Below are positions 38,957 to 46,854 of a stretch of DNA of 47,554 nucleotides, piece after piece. Under the pieces are notes generated by a model, which ran no database searches, was not told the origin of the DNA, and was given only the letters and a program-made list of their open reading frames with translations. Source of the stretch: Desulfobacterales bacterium (GTDB taxonomy: Bacteria > Desulfobacterota > Desulfobacteria > Desulfobacterales > UBA5852); contig JASJCD010000006.1 in the NCBI GenBank assembly GCA_030066135.1, positions 1 to 47,554 on the forward strand, read 5' to 3'. A program made the translations under genes and the position numbers. The first letter of the stretch is position 1, and each line of letters starts with the position of its first letter.

Positions 38957-40042
38957 ATGTTTGGATTGAGACGGCGTTTCGTCAAAGAAGGGCATATCGA
39001 GGAATATGCCTTTAAATTGCAGGATCTTGAACAACGATACGAAGCTTACACGCTCGTTATGCGTACCCTGCTGGTGTTTTTAAAAGATTTTTCAATGGAT
39101 ATCAATGAGATCGATGCCGTGGGCTTTAGAAGTGCGCTTGATCGCTTCGGCGAAGAGTTCTTCGAAGAGACCAGCGCCAAACGCATTCACCGCCGGTTCG
39201 ATCGCGAGAAGCAAACGATTAACGGCTATATCGACGATCAGAAAACGTACCTGGAGGAACGTGATCGCGAGTTGCGTAAAATCATCGATCTCCTGTCGCG
39301 TGCCATGGTGACCCTGAACTCTGAAAATGATGCCTACCATCAGCAAATTCTGCAAAGGGGCGAAAAGATCGAACAGATCACCCGGCTGGATGATATCCGT
39401 AAAATCAAATCGGCCCTCGAGAAAGAAGTGGAGAGCCTGCGCGAAACGGTCGAAGCCAAACAAGCGGACGAAAAAACACGCATCCAAAGCCTTTCAAGTC
39501 AAGTTGAGAGCCTGCGCGAGGAGTTGCATTCGGCCAAGGAGGAATCCATGCGCGACGGTCTCACCGGCGTCTACAACCGCCGCGCTTTTGACAACCACAT
39601 CCAAACCCTCGTGGAACATCAGCTCGTTAACCGCAAGGGCTTTGCGATCCTGCTGCTTGATATCGATGACTTCAAACACATCAATGACACCTACGGCCAT
39701 CCTGTGGGCGACCGGGTCATCCTGGCGCTCGCCATGGCCTGCCGGCAGATGATCCGCAGCGATGATTTCCTGGCACGCTACGGTGGGGAAGAATTCGCCA
39801 TTCTGCTTCCCGGCGCATCCCGGCGCAATGCCGTCAAGAAAGCCCGCCAGATCTGCAAATCGATTGCCAAAACCCAATATTCACTGGATGAACAAGACGA
39901 TGCCGTGACCCTGTCGATCACCGTCAGTATCGGGGTGGCTGAATGCGGTCGGCACGATGATGTGGATACGCTTCTGGAAAAAGCCGACAAGGCGCTTTAC
40001 AAAGCCAAAGCGGCTGGGAAAAACAGGGCTGAGACGATCTGA
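38957..40042 (+). CDS. Diguanylate cyclase (coiled-coil N-terminus plus GGDEF domain)
   Basis: Contains DGLTGVYNRRAF, the active site RYGGEEFAILLPG, and an RSDD I-site (RxxD) 5 residues before GGEEF. An AGGAG SD lies 11 nt upstream. Confidence 0.9.
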   Translation: MFGLRRRFVKEGHIEEYAFKLQDLEQRYEAYTLVMRTLLVFLKDFSMDINEIDAVGFRSALDRFGEEFFEETSAKRIHRRFDREKQTINGYIDDQKTYLEERDRELRKIIDLLSRAMVTLNSENDAYHQQILQRGEKIEQITRLDDIRKIKSALEKEVESLRETVEAKQADEKTRIQSLSSQVESLREELHSAKEESMRDGLTGVYNRRAFDNHIQTLVEHQLVNRKGFAILLLDIDDFKHINDTYGHPVGDRVILALAMACRQMIRSDDFLARYGGEEFAILLPGASRRNAVKKARQICKSIAKTQYSLDEQDDAVTLSITVSIGVAECGRHDDVDTLLEKADKALYKAKAAGKNRAETI

Positions 40043-40276
40043 ATCGAATATACTAGGAACTCCTGTCTTTCCGCTGACGCTCTGGTCGCTGCGTAAATCC
40101 ATACCCGTTGGATGGCGCTTGTTCCGCGGCAGATATTGCCTATACCTGACTCCTTTAAGGCAATAAATGCCGAATTAATCCCCGCACACTTGTGTCATCA
40201 GCGCCCAAAGTTAATAAACCCTCTGAAATCTAATGCTTTATTTCATGGCGCCGGAAAGCAATCGTCAGATATCCAG

Positions 40277-40292
40277 TGGCATGGTGTTTGCT
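40277..40292 (+). promoter_or_regulatory. Sigma54 -24/-12 promoter for the unknown-gene/SLT operon
   Basis: TGGCATGGTGTTTGCT, 64 nt upstream of the ATG at 40356. Confidence 0.65.
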
Positions 40293-40355
40293 AACCTTCA
40301 TAGAGCGTATTTATCAATATCAACCACAATCCCAACCATCGGGAGCACGCCGTCA

Positions 40356-40805
40356 ATGAAAATCGATAACGACCATTGCAATGGTTTTCCCGTCAATTCA
40401 GCCCGTCCGACCGAACCAGGCGGTGGGATTTCCTTCAGGCAACAATTCGACCAGGCCCTGGACGCCGCTTCCACTAACGGTGAACCATCGGCCCCCGTTG
40501 CCGCAACACGCACTGCGGCGGCATTGGCGCCATTGTCCGGACCGCCTGTCGATGCCCATAACGCCATTAAAAGCTTTGAAAGTTTCGTCGATAAATTGGG
40601 CGCCTATCAGAAACGTCTTGCGGACGGCCGCTATAGCCTTAAGATGCTGGACCAGGACCTGCGCGGCATCAATGCGCATTGCCGGCATCTTGAACGGCTG
40701 ACATGCGATCCGCTTATGGACGATGCCCTGCGCAACCTGCTGAACGAAGGGTTGGCCACGGCCCGGGTTGAATTCGAGCGCTTTGGCCGCGGCGACTACT
40801 GCTGA
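40356..40805 (+). CDS. Hypothetical protein (149 aa): disordered N-terminal half, helical C-terminal half
   Basis: The ATG at 40356 (MKIDNDH...) has GGGAG 10 nt upstream and lies downstream of the sigma54 promoter. The longer ORF-track start at 40233 lies upstream of that promoter. No domain was recognised. Confidence 0.5.
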   Translation: MKIDNDHCNGFPVNSARPTEPGGGISFRQQFDQALDAASTNGEPSAPVAATRTAAALAPLSGPPVDAHNAIKSFESFVDKLGAYQKRLADGRYSLKMLDQDLRGINAHCRHLERLTCDPLMDDALRNLLNEGLATARVEFERFGRGDYC

Positions 40806-40818
40806 AACGGAGACCGCA

Positions 40819-41544
40819 TTGATTCGCGCAACGCACAAGACCATCCGAGACTACTGGGGGGTTGCTGGCCATCGGAATAAACCGGCCGTTCACAATGCCA
40901 GGCAGAACAATACTTTCCGGCAGGTGATCCAGTCCGTTTGCCAGACCGAGGGTCACGGCGGCCATTCCGCCATGGCCAAGGGGCTTACGATTCAAGACTA
41001 TTGGCGTCAGCCTGTTGTGGCCCGGTCGCATCTTCCCGCCGGCCGTACTGGCGATCTTCTGGAGAAACCCTCTGCCGGAGCTGGTGCATCCCCTGCTTCG
41101 GTCGCAGTCGTGCGCAACAAACCGCCGGAGGCGCCCGCAGCGAACACACCGTCGGCACGTCGGCAAAAGATCGATCAAGCGGTGGCGGATGCCGCGGCCA
41201 AGTATGGGCTGCCGAAAGGACTGCTGCAGAGTGTCATTCAGCATGAATCCGGTTTCAATCCCCGGGCGGTATCCCCAGCCGGCGCCCAGGGATTGATGCA
41301 GCTGATGCCGGCGACGGCAAAAGAACTGGGCGTCGAAGATTCTTTTGACATCCGGCAGAACATTGACGCCGGCAGCCGTTACCTCAAACAGATGCTCGAC
41401 CAGTTCGATGGTGATCTGCGCAAAGCCCTGGCAGCCTATAATGCCGGACCGGGCACCGTACGCCGATACGGTGGGATTCCCCCCTATCCCGAAACCCGCA
41501 ACTATGTCCACAAGGTAATGAAATCCGCCGCTGAACGGGTCTGA
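40819..41544 (+). CDS. SLT-domain lytic transglycosylase with no obvious signal peptide
   Basis: Contains AAAKYGLPKGLLQSVIQHESGFNPRAVSPAGAQGLMQLMPATAKELGV...AAYNAGPGTV (catalytic E-S and AYNAG motifs). The start is uncertain: TTG at 40819 with GGAG 6 nt upstream, TTG at 40768, or ATG at 40972. Confidence 0.8.
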   Translation: MIRATHKTIRDYWGVAGHRNKPAVHNARQNNTFRQVIQSVCQTEGHGGHSAMAKGLTIQDYWRQPVVARSHLPAGRTGDLLEKPSAGAGASPASVAVVRNKPPEAPAANTPSARRQKIDQAVADAAAKYGLPKGLLQSVIQHESGFNPRAVSPAGAQGLMQLMPATAKELGVEDSFDIRQNIDAGSRYLKQMLDQFDGDLRKALAAYNAGPGTVRRYGGIPPYPETRNYVHKVMKSAAERV

Positions 41545-41733
41545 GCATCCATCTGCGCCAAACCGTCTTATAGGTGCGACCGCTTTCTATCCCTATCCCG
41601 CCAGCGTCACGAATCCTTTCCTGAACGGCACAACCGCCATAGGGTGACGACCGCCCGCCATTGAGGATGCCGCGCATAAACAAGGGTCAATCATCAGTGG
41701 GGGGGAGCGGTTGCGTCTACCGCCAGGCGGCCA

Positions 41734-42468
41734 TCAACGTGAAGGGGCTTCGAGACTCATGCGCTGCCGCAGGAGCTTGCGCTGCATGCCGTAGAGCACC
41801 TGGGTCAGTTTTTTTTCTTCGGCCCTGTCGATGGCGACAAATTCGAAGGCGTATTGCTCGTGATTGGTGTTGGGGTTTCGGCCCGTCCGCACAATCCGCG
41901 CGCGCCGGATACGGATCAGAACGGTTTTTTCCGCCTCTTCAAAAGTCAGATCGATATTGTTCAGCGTGCGTCCCTTGAAGAGCTGGCGGCGTTTGTCCTT
42001 TCCGGCTCGCAAGGATTCCACCATGCAGAGCAGCCCGCCCAGGCTGAAGTCGACCACTAGCAGTTTGACCGGGGGTTCCAGCTGCCGCAGGGTGAGGACG
42101 GTTCCCATAGGGGCTTGCAGACGAAAATTGCGACGGCGTTGAATGCGTTCTATTTCTGCCGGCAGGGGGAACCAGAAGTCGCCGTGCCAGTCTTCTATGG
42201 CGAGGCTAAAATTATAGAGAACTTTGTCTTCCCCGTTGAATTCACAGTAGAGAGCGCATTTTTTTTTCAGTTGAAGCGCATCGCGCATGCCTTCCGGGGG
42301 GTCGATGCAAAAACGAGGGGTCGGGCTGTCGAGATCGATGTCCGTCAACACCGAAACGTTCTCGAAAGACGCCCCTTTGACCGCAATTTTTATAAGGATT
42401 TTTCTGTCGAGAAGATACTGAAAAGCTTGGGCAACCTTTGCGCCGCGGATTTTTCCGTAATCATCCAT
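41734..42468 (-). CDS. YcgR-like PilZ-domain c-di-GMP receptor
   Basis: Contains RRRNFR (RxxxR) and, about 25 residues later, DFSLGG (DxSxxG). These are preceded by a roughly 110-aa PilZN-like domain. Confidence 0.8.
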   Translation of the reverse strand: MDDYGKIRGAKVAQAFQYLLDRKILIKIAVKGASFENVSVLTDIDLDSPTPRFCIDPPEGMRDALQLKKKCALYCEFNGEDKVLYNFSLAIEDWHGDFWFPLPAEIERIQRRRNFRLQAPMGTVLTLRQLEPPVKLLVVDFSLGGLLCMVESLRAGKDKRRQLFKGRTLNNIDLTFEEAEKTVLIRIRRARIVRTGRNPNTNHEQYAFEFVAIDRAEEKKLTQVLYGMQRKLLRQRMSLEAPSR

Positions 42469-42480
42469 GTCGATCTGGGT

Positions 42481-42945
42481 TCAGCCGGCGTAACAATTCA
42501 GTCCGGCGATGCTCCGGGCGAAATCTTGATCTTCAAGCAACCGTTTGGCAAAGCTGACATATTTTTCCGCTATGGCGCGCACGGCGAACTGAAGGGCATA
42601 TGGTCGCAGGGGTTTCTCGAGCAGATGGTTCACATTCGAGGCCATACACATATTGACCACGTCATCACTGGCATTGCCGGTGACGACGATGGCATCTTTG
42701 TGCGCTGACGGGAATCTCTTCTCAACCGCGTCCAGAAAGGAAAACCCGCTTTTACCGCCCAGAAATACATCCACGATAAAAATGGCGACACCGTACTTGC
42801 AGCTTAAACAATAGAGGATGGCCTCGTCGGATTGCGTGAACGAGCGCACCTGGCCCCAGGAATAGAAGCTTTTGACCATGTCGGTCACCAGTTGGCACAC
42901 GGCGGGGTCATCGTCGACAATGATCACATCTAAACCGTCTGACAT
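42481..42945 (-). CDS. Single-domain (CheY-like) response regulator with a short C-terminal tail
   Basis: The ATG at 42945 (MSDGLDVIIVDDD) has GGGAGAG upstream. The REC residues DD, D (FIVDVF), T (VVTGNAS) and K (EKP) are all present. The stop lies 12 nt before the PilZ gene. Confidence 0.8.
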   Translation of the reverse strand: MSDGLDVIIVDDDPAVCQLVTDMVKSFYSWGQVRSFTQSDEAILYCLSCKYGVAIFIVDVFLGGKSGFSFLDAVEKRFPSAHKDAIVVTGNASDDVVNMCMASNVNHLLEKPLRPYALQFAVRAIAEKYVSFAKRLLEDQDFARSIAGLNCYAG

Positions 42946-43040
42946 GCCGCTCTCCCTGTCTTGATGGCGCTTGTTGACAGCCGCTCGGGCCGTATTTGCG
43001 GTCCGTCGCGCTAAAATCCGTCTGCAACGGAACATCACGA

Positions 43041-43070
43041 TTTATAAATATAAATTCCAGTATTTGTCAA
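43041..43070 (-). promoter_or_regulatory. Possible sigma70-type promoter for the response regulator-PilZ pair
   Basis: The minus strand reads TTGACA-N18-TATAAA, in the 158-nt gap after the hybrid kinase gene. Confidence 0.35.
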
Positions 43071-43103
43071 CGACGGGAGGTAAATCCGCAACCCTGTGCC
43101 GGT

Positions 43104-44657
43104 TCAGCGCGCCTGCGCGGCCAGGCTGGATCCTTTGACGCGCTGAGGTTCGCGTTTACCCAGAAGTCGCTCCAACTGATCGCTGATTTCCTTGATGCGG
43201 TAGGGTTTGGCCACGACGGCGCAAAAACCGTAATCACGGTAATTGGTCACACCGGGATCATTGGCGTAGCCACTGGATACGATACCGCGCACGGCGGGGT
43301 CGATGGCCACCAGTTTCTGGATCGTCTCTTTGCCTCCCAGTCCACCCTTGACCGTCAGATCAAGAATCACCGCGTCGAAGGGGGCGCCGTCGGAGAGTGC
43401 TTCCTGATACAGGGCAATGGCCTCTTCACCGTTCTGGGCAAATGCCGGTTCGTAACCCAGACGCTTCAAAATATTTCCGGCGAGGTTGCGTATCATCTCT
43501 TCGTCGTCCATGACGAGAATGCGGCCCGTATGGGCGCAGTTCATATTCATGGGACAAGTGTCTTCGTTGCGAGCGGGCATGATGCTGGTCGCGGATGCCG
43601 GCATGTATATACTGAAACAGGCGCCCTGCCCTGCTTCCGTCGCTACGCCGATGACGCCACCGTGCTTCTCGATAATCGAATTGGCAATTGACAACCCCAG
43701 ACCCAGACCGCGTTCGTCTCCCATTTCCTTGGTGGTGAAATAGGGATCGAAAATGCGATTCACAATGGTCGGCGCAATTCCTGGTCCGCTGTCCTCGATC
43801 GAAATCACCACATGGCGGCCGACAACCGGGGCGTTATCGCTGTCGCCCAGGATTTCATTCCAGGCCGATACCGACAATTCACCCCCCTCCGGCATGGCCT
43901 CCCGTGCGTTGATGACGATATTGTGCAAAGCTTGGCCGACCTGGATGCGATCCACATCCAAATACCAGAGGTTTTCGGTAAACATGTAGTGGGCTTCGAT
44001 ATTGGAACCACTCAGGGCGAATGCCGTTGCGCCTTCGATCAATTCAGCGGCGTCAACCGTCTCCTTTTGAGGCATTCCGCCTTTCGAGAAAGTGATCAGA
44101 CGATTGGTCAGTTCCTTGGCAATCAGAGCGGCTTCCTGGGCTTGATCCAGCCAATCATACTGCGGGCTGTCGGGATCGAGGCTGGTCAGGCACAAGGATA
44201 TATTCCCCATGATCGCCGTCAGCAGATTATTGTAATCATGAGCAATACCGCCCGACAGGGCCGCGATCGACTCCAGGTGCCGGGCCTTGAGCAGTTCCTG
44301 CTGAATGCGTTTGCGTTCGGTAATTTCACGGATGACGAGCAATTCACCCATTCCTTCTTCTGGCTGCATCCGCTGGGCTGTGACCTCGACGTCGATCCAG
44401 CGGCCATCACTTGTTCGCAAACGCGATTCAGCATCCACCACCTTGCGGGTGTCTTTCTGGTAAAGTGATTGGCGCTTATCCCCGGAATGTTGCATTTCCA
44501 GGTAAGTATCCACATCCATCGATTTCAATAGGTTTTCCGAAATTCCCGTCAAACGGCAAAGCGCAGGATTCGCATAAACGGGAGCGCCATCCTGCAAGAC
44601 CAAGAGACCATCTATCAAATGGTTGCAAATCGTTCGAAATTTAAAGTTGTCGTGCAT
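43104..44657 (-). CDS. Cytoplasmic PAS hybrid sensor histidine kinase (PAS-HisKA-HATPase-REC)
   Basis: Contains a PAS domain (DGRWIDVEVTAQRM), an H-box (GGIAHDYNNLLTAIMGNISL), an N-box (NIVINAREAM), G1 (EDSGPGI), G2 (GLGLGLS) and a C-terminal REC (ILVMDDEE...DAVILDLTVKGG...AKPY). Confidence 0.9.
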   Translation of the reverse strand: MHDNFKFRTICNHLIDGLLVLQDGAPVYANPALCRLTGISENLLKSMDVDTYLEMQHSGDKRQSLYQKDTRKVVDAESRLRTSDGRWIDVEVTAQRMQPEEGMGELLVIREITERKRIQQELLKARHLESIAALSGGIAHDYNNLLTAIMGNISLCLTSLDPDSPQYDWLDQAQEAALIAKELTNRLITFSKGGMPQKETVDAAELIEGATAFALSGSNIEAHYMFTENLWYLDVDRIQVGQALHNIVINAREAMPEGGELSVSAWNEILGDSDNAPVVGRHVVISIEDSGPGIAPTIVNRIFDPYFTTKEMGDERGLGLGLSIANSIIEKHGGVIGVATEAGQGACFSIYMPASATSIMPARNEDTCPMNMNCAHTGRILVMDDEEMIRNLAGNILKRLGYEPAFAQNGEEAIALYQEALSDGAPFDAVILDLTVKGGLGGKETIQKLVAIDPAVRGIVSSGYANDPGVTNYRDYGFCAVVAKPYRIKEISDQLERLLGKREPQRVKGSSLAAQAR

Positions 44658-44690
44658 GCCCTTCTTTCCGCTGTCGATTTAATGAAGCAA

Positions 44691-45080
44691 CTAATGGATA
44701 ATGATATCCTCCCGCAGAAACCAGTCCGACCGTGGCACCACGATTGTTCGGGACTGGTAGTCATTCCAGGCGTATAAAATCAGATCCTGGCTGTCTTCGA
44801 TCCAGAAGCCCGTGCAGGGAACCCCGGGATCCTCCGGACCTAAAAAATGATGATGCGCGCCAATTTCCGCAACGACGGCTAAATCGTAGAGCGCGTCGTA
44901 GATGCGCAATTGTGATTGGCGCTCAATCTCCACGTCCTCAAGGGCGATTTCATTGAGCCGCTCATGCCCTATCTTCAGACGGCGGCTGACCGTCTTCTTG
45001 ATTTCTTTCAGTTCTTCATTGGCATACCACAAGCCCATCTGATGGCTGGACTTGAAGGTCATATTATCAATGCGATCCAT
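44691..45080 (-). CDS. Hypothetical protein (129 aa), first gene behind a sigma28 promoter
   Basis: A clean ATG ORF lying 63 nt downstream of a perfect GCCGATAA -10 element. No domain was recognised. Confidence 0.55.
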   Translation of the reverse strand: MDRIDNMTFKSSHQMGLWYANEELKEIKKTVSRRLKIGHERLNEIALEDVEIERQSQLRIYDALYDLAVVAEIGAHHHFLGPEDPGVPCTGFWIEDSQDLILYAWNDYQSRTIVVPRSDWFLREDIIIH

Positions 45081-45142
45081 AAGGTCTGCCTGTCCCCAAT
45101 CTGACGAAGATTATGTGATTCCTACGAAACGCCTCATGAGGC

Positions 45143-45170
45143 TTATCGGCCCGATTTTCAGATCACTTTA
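45143..45170 (-). promoter_or_regulatory. Sigma28 (FliA) promoter for the 129-aa gene/hybrid kinase operon
   Basis: The minus strand reads TAAAGTGATCTGAAAATCGGGCCGATAA, that is TAAA-N16-GCCGATAA. The architecture is identical to the flgM promoter. Confidence 0.7.
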
Positions 45171-45199
45171 AACCCCTTCCCGATGAGAAAGGCTTGATA

Positions 45200-45213
45200 G
45201 TCAAGATGTTGAC
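45200..45213. promoter_or_regulatory. GTCA-N6-TGAC palindrome in the divergent regulatory region
   Basis: GTCAAGATGTTGAC, about 110 bp upstream of the plus-strand sigma54 promoter at 45321. Confidence 0.4.
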
Positions 45214-45320
45214 TACCGACATCAATGTCTGGCCGTAAACGGCAATTTTTTCCCCGTGGCAGGTTTAGATAGATCTTTTATTTATCTGTTATATTTGCCT
45301 ATTATTACATTTATGATCTG

Positions 45321-45336
45321 TGGCCCATGTTTTGCA
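45321..45336 (+). promoter_or_regulatory. Sigma54 -24/-12 promoter for the degenerate kinase gene
   Basis: TGGCCCATGTTTTGCA, 41 nt upstream of the ATG at 45377. The ORF-track GTG start at 45320 lies immediately upstream of the promoter, so a transcript from it would not contain that start. Confidence 0.6.
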
Positions 45337-45376
45337 TATCTATCTTTGCACTACTCTAAACAGGGACACATTAGGA

Positions 45377-46735
45377 ATGATCGATTCAAACGCCATTGCA
45401 AACCTGCAGATGCTCATGAATATCGGCGACGGCCGCCAGGCGGTCCTCGCCGAACTCCTCGATGCACCGCCAGTCTGCACGACGCCAATCCTGGAAATCG
45501 TCAATGGTAAAAGGAAAAGACAGGTAGCCCATGCCCCCCCGGCGGGATCCCGATCGCCAAATCCTATCATACGGGGGAGAAACGGTGAGAATATTCGTCT
45601 GCTGCAAAGAGCATCTCATGAGGCTGGTGAACAAGCAGGTCTTTCAGGAAATATCATCGCCCTTCTGGATGAACTGCCTTCCGGAAAAAAGGCACCCCTG
45701 ACGGCCTTCTCCGAGGGGCTGGCCTATCATTACAACAACCTGCTAATGGCCATCATGGGATATATTTCCATCGCCATGCCTCATTTCAGACCTGGACATC
45801 CCTCACGTAAGGTACTCCGCGACTGTGAAGAGCGGATCCACAATGCGGCCACCCTGATCCGCCTGCTTGTCGATGTGTTCCAACGTTCCGACCAGAAGAA
45901 CACCACACTCTACCCCATCGATATCTGCGATCATGAAATCGGTGAGCGTATATTTTCGGCGGCAGCAGACCCCGGCCTGATTCACACGAGCCAGCACCTG
46001 GAACTGGCGCCGCGAAACATCCTGCAGCATATTGCCGACAGCATGGCGACACGTTTGCTGCTCCTGATGCGAACACTGGAAAAAGAAGTGGCACGCGCCC
46101 TTGCCCCCAAACAGACCCACCAATGTATCCGATCCTATCATAAGCGAATAGGCCGCTATATTCGCCGTGGGGTGAATACCGCCAAAAGCCTGCAGGAATT
46201 CTCGGGCCGCTTAAAACTCAAGCGGTCTGATATCGATATGGCGGCACTTGTAAGCGAAGCCGTCCAGATCTTCCAATCTTGTTTTTCATGCGTGCCCATG
46301 CGCCTCGACCTGCCGCGACGTTCGCCTAGCATTTCAGTTGATCGCGATCTTATGCTCAAAGCGCTGATCGAGTTGATCTTCACCGCGCATCAGCTGGTAG
46401 CGGCTGGCGACGAATTGTCCATCCGTCTCGAAACAAGTGAGAGGGGATGTGATAATGGCGACCGAGGCGAGCAGTTGCGGCTGGTAATGACCCATCCAGT
46501 TGGTGAAAGCTTCAACGACGATCAGGCCCGCCAACTTTTTGATCCCTTCAGGCGTCTGCCGACCAGCGGCATCACATGCAGGGGCCTGGAACTATCGGCT
46601 GCATCAGGGATCATAAGAGCCCATGGCGCTCATATCGCCTGCCGTTCTGTCGACGGGTTGATGCGTATTACAGTTACCTTTTGCGAAAAGCATGAAGGCC
46701 AATGCCGGCCCTCCAAGGCACGTCCTGCCCTGTAA
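45377..46735 (+). CDS. Histidine-kinase-like protein with a degenerate H-box and ATP-binding motifs (pseudo-kinase)
   Basis: The HisKA-like segment GLAYHYNNLLMAIMGYISI is paralogous to GIAHDYNNLLTAIMGNISL in the neighbouring kinase, but has Y where the phospho-His should be. The N-box is FTAHQ (N to T). G1 is THPVGE. G2 is CRGLEL. Confidence 0.7.
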   Translation: MIDSNAIANLQMLMNIGDGRQAVLAELLDAPPVCTTPILEIVNGKRKRQVAHAPPAGSRSPNPIIRGRNGENIRLLQRASHEAGEQAGLSGNIIALLDELPSGKKAPLTAFSEGLAYHYNNLLMAIMGYISIAMPHFRPGHPSRKVLRDCEERIHNAATLIRLLVDVFQRSDQKNTTLYPIDICDHEIGERIFSAAADPGLIHTSQHLELAPRNILQHIADSMATRLLLLMRTLEKEVARALAPKQTHQCIRSYHKRIGRYIRRGVNTAKSLQEFSGRLKLKRSDIDMAALVSEAVQIFQSCFSCVPMRLDLPRRSPSISVDRDLMLKALIELIFTAHQLVAAGDELSIRLETSERGCDNGDRGEQLRLVMTHPVGESFNDDQARQLFDPFRRLPTSGITCRGLELSAASGIIRAHGAHIACRSVDGLMRITVTFCEKHEGQCRPSKARPAL

Positions 46736-46766
46736 CCATTCTTCGATCCCGTCGCCTGAGCCAGAT

Positions 46767-46780
46767 GTCATTTTAATGAC
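46767..46780. promoter_or_regulatory. GTCA-N6-TGAC palindrome upstream of the epimerase promoter
   Basis: GTCATTTTAATGAC, nested within ATGTCA...TGACAT (46765-46790). It lies about 75-88 bp upstream of the promoter at 46855. Confidence 0.4.
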
Positions 46781-46854
46781 GGTGTGACATAGAATCTGTG
46801 ACCGTTCCCTCCATATCCAATCCTTATCACATTGTTTTAATAGTATATTTCATA

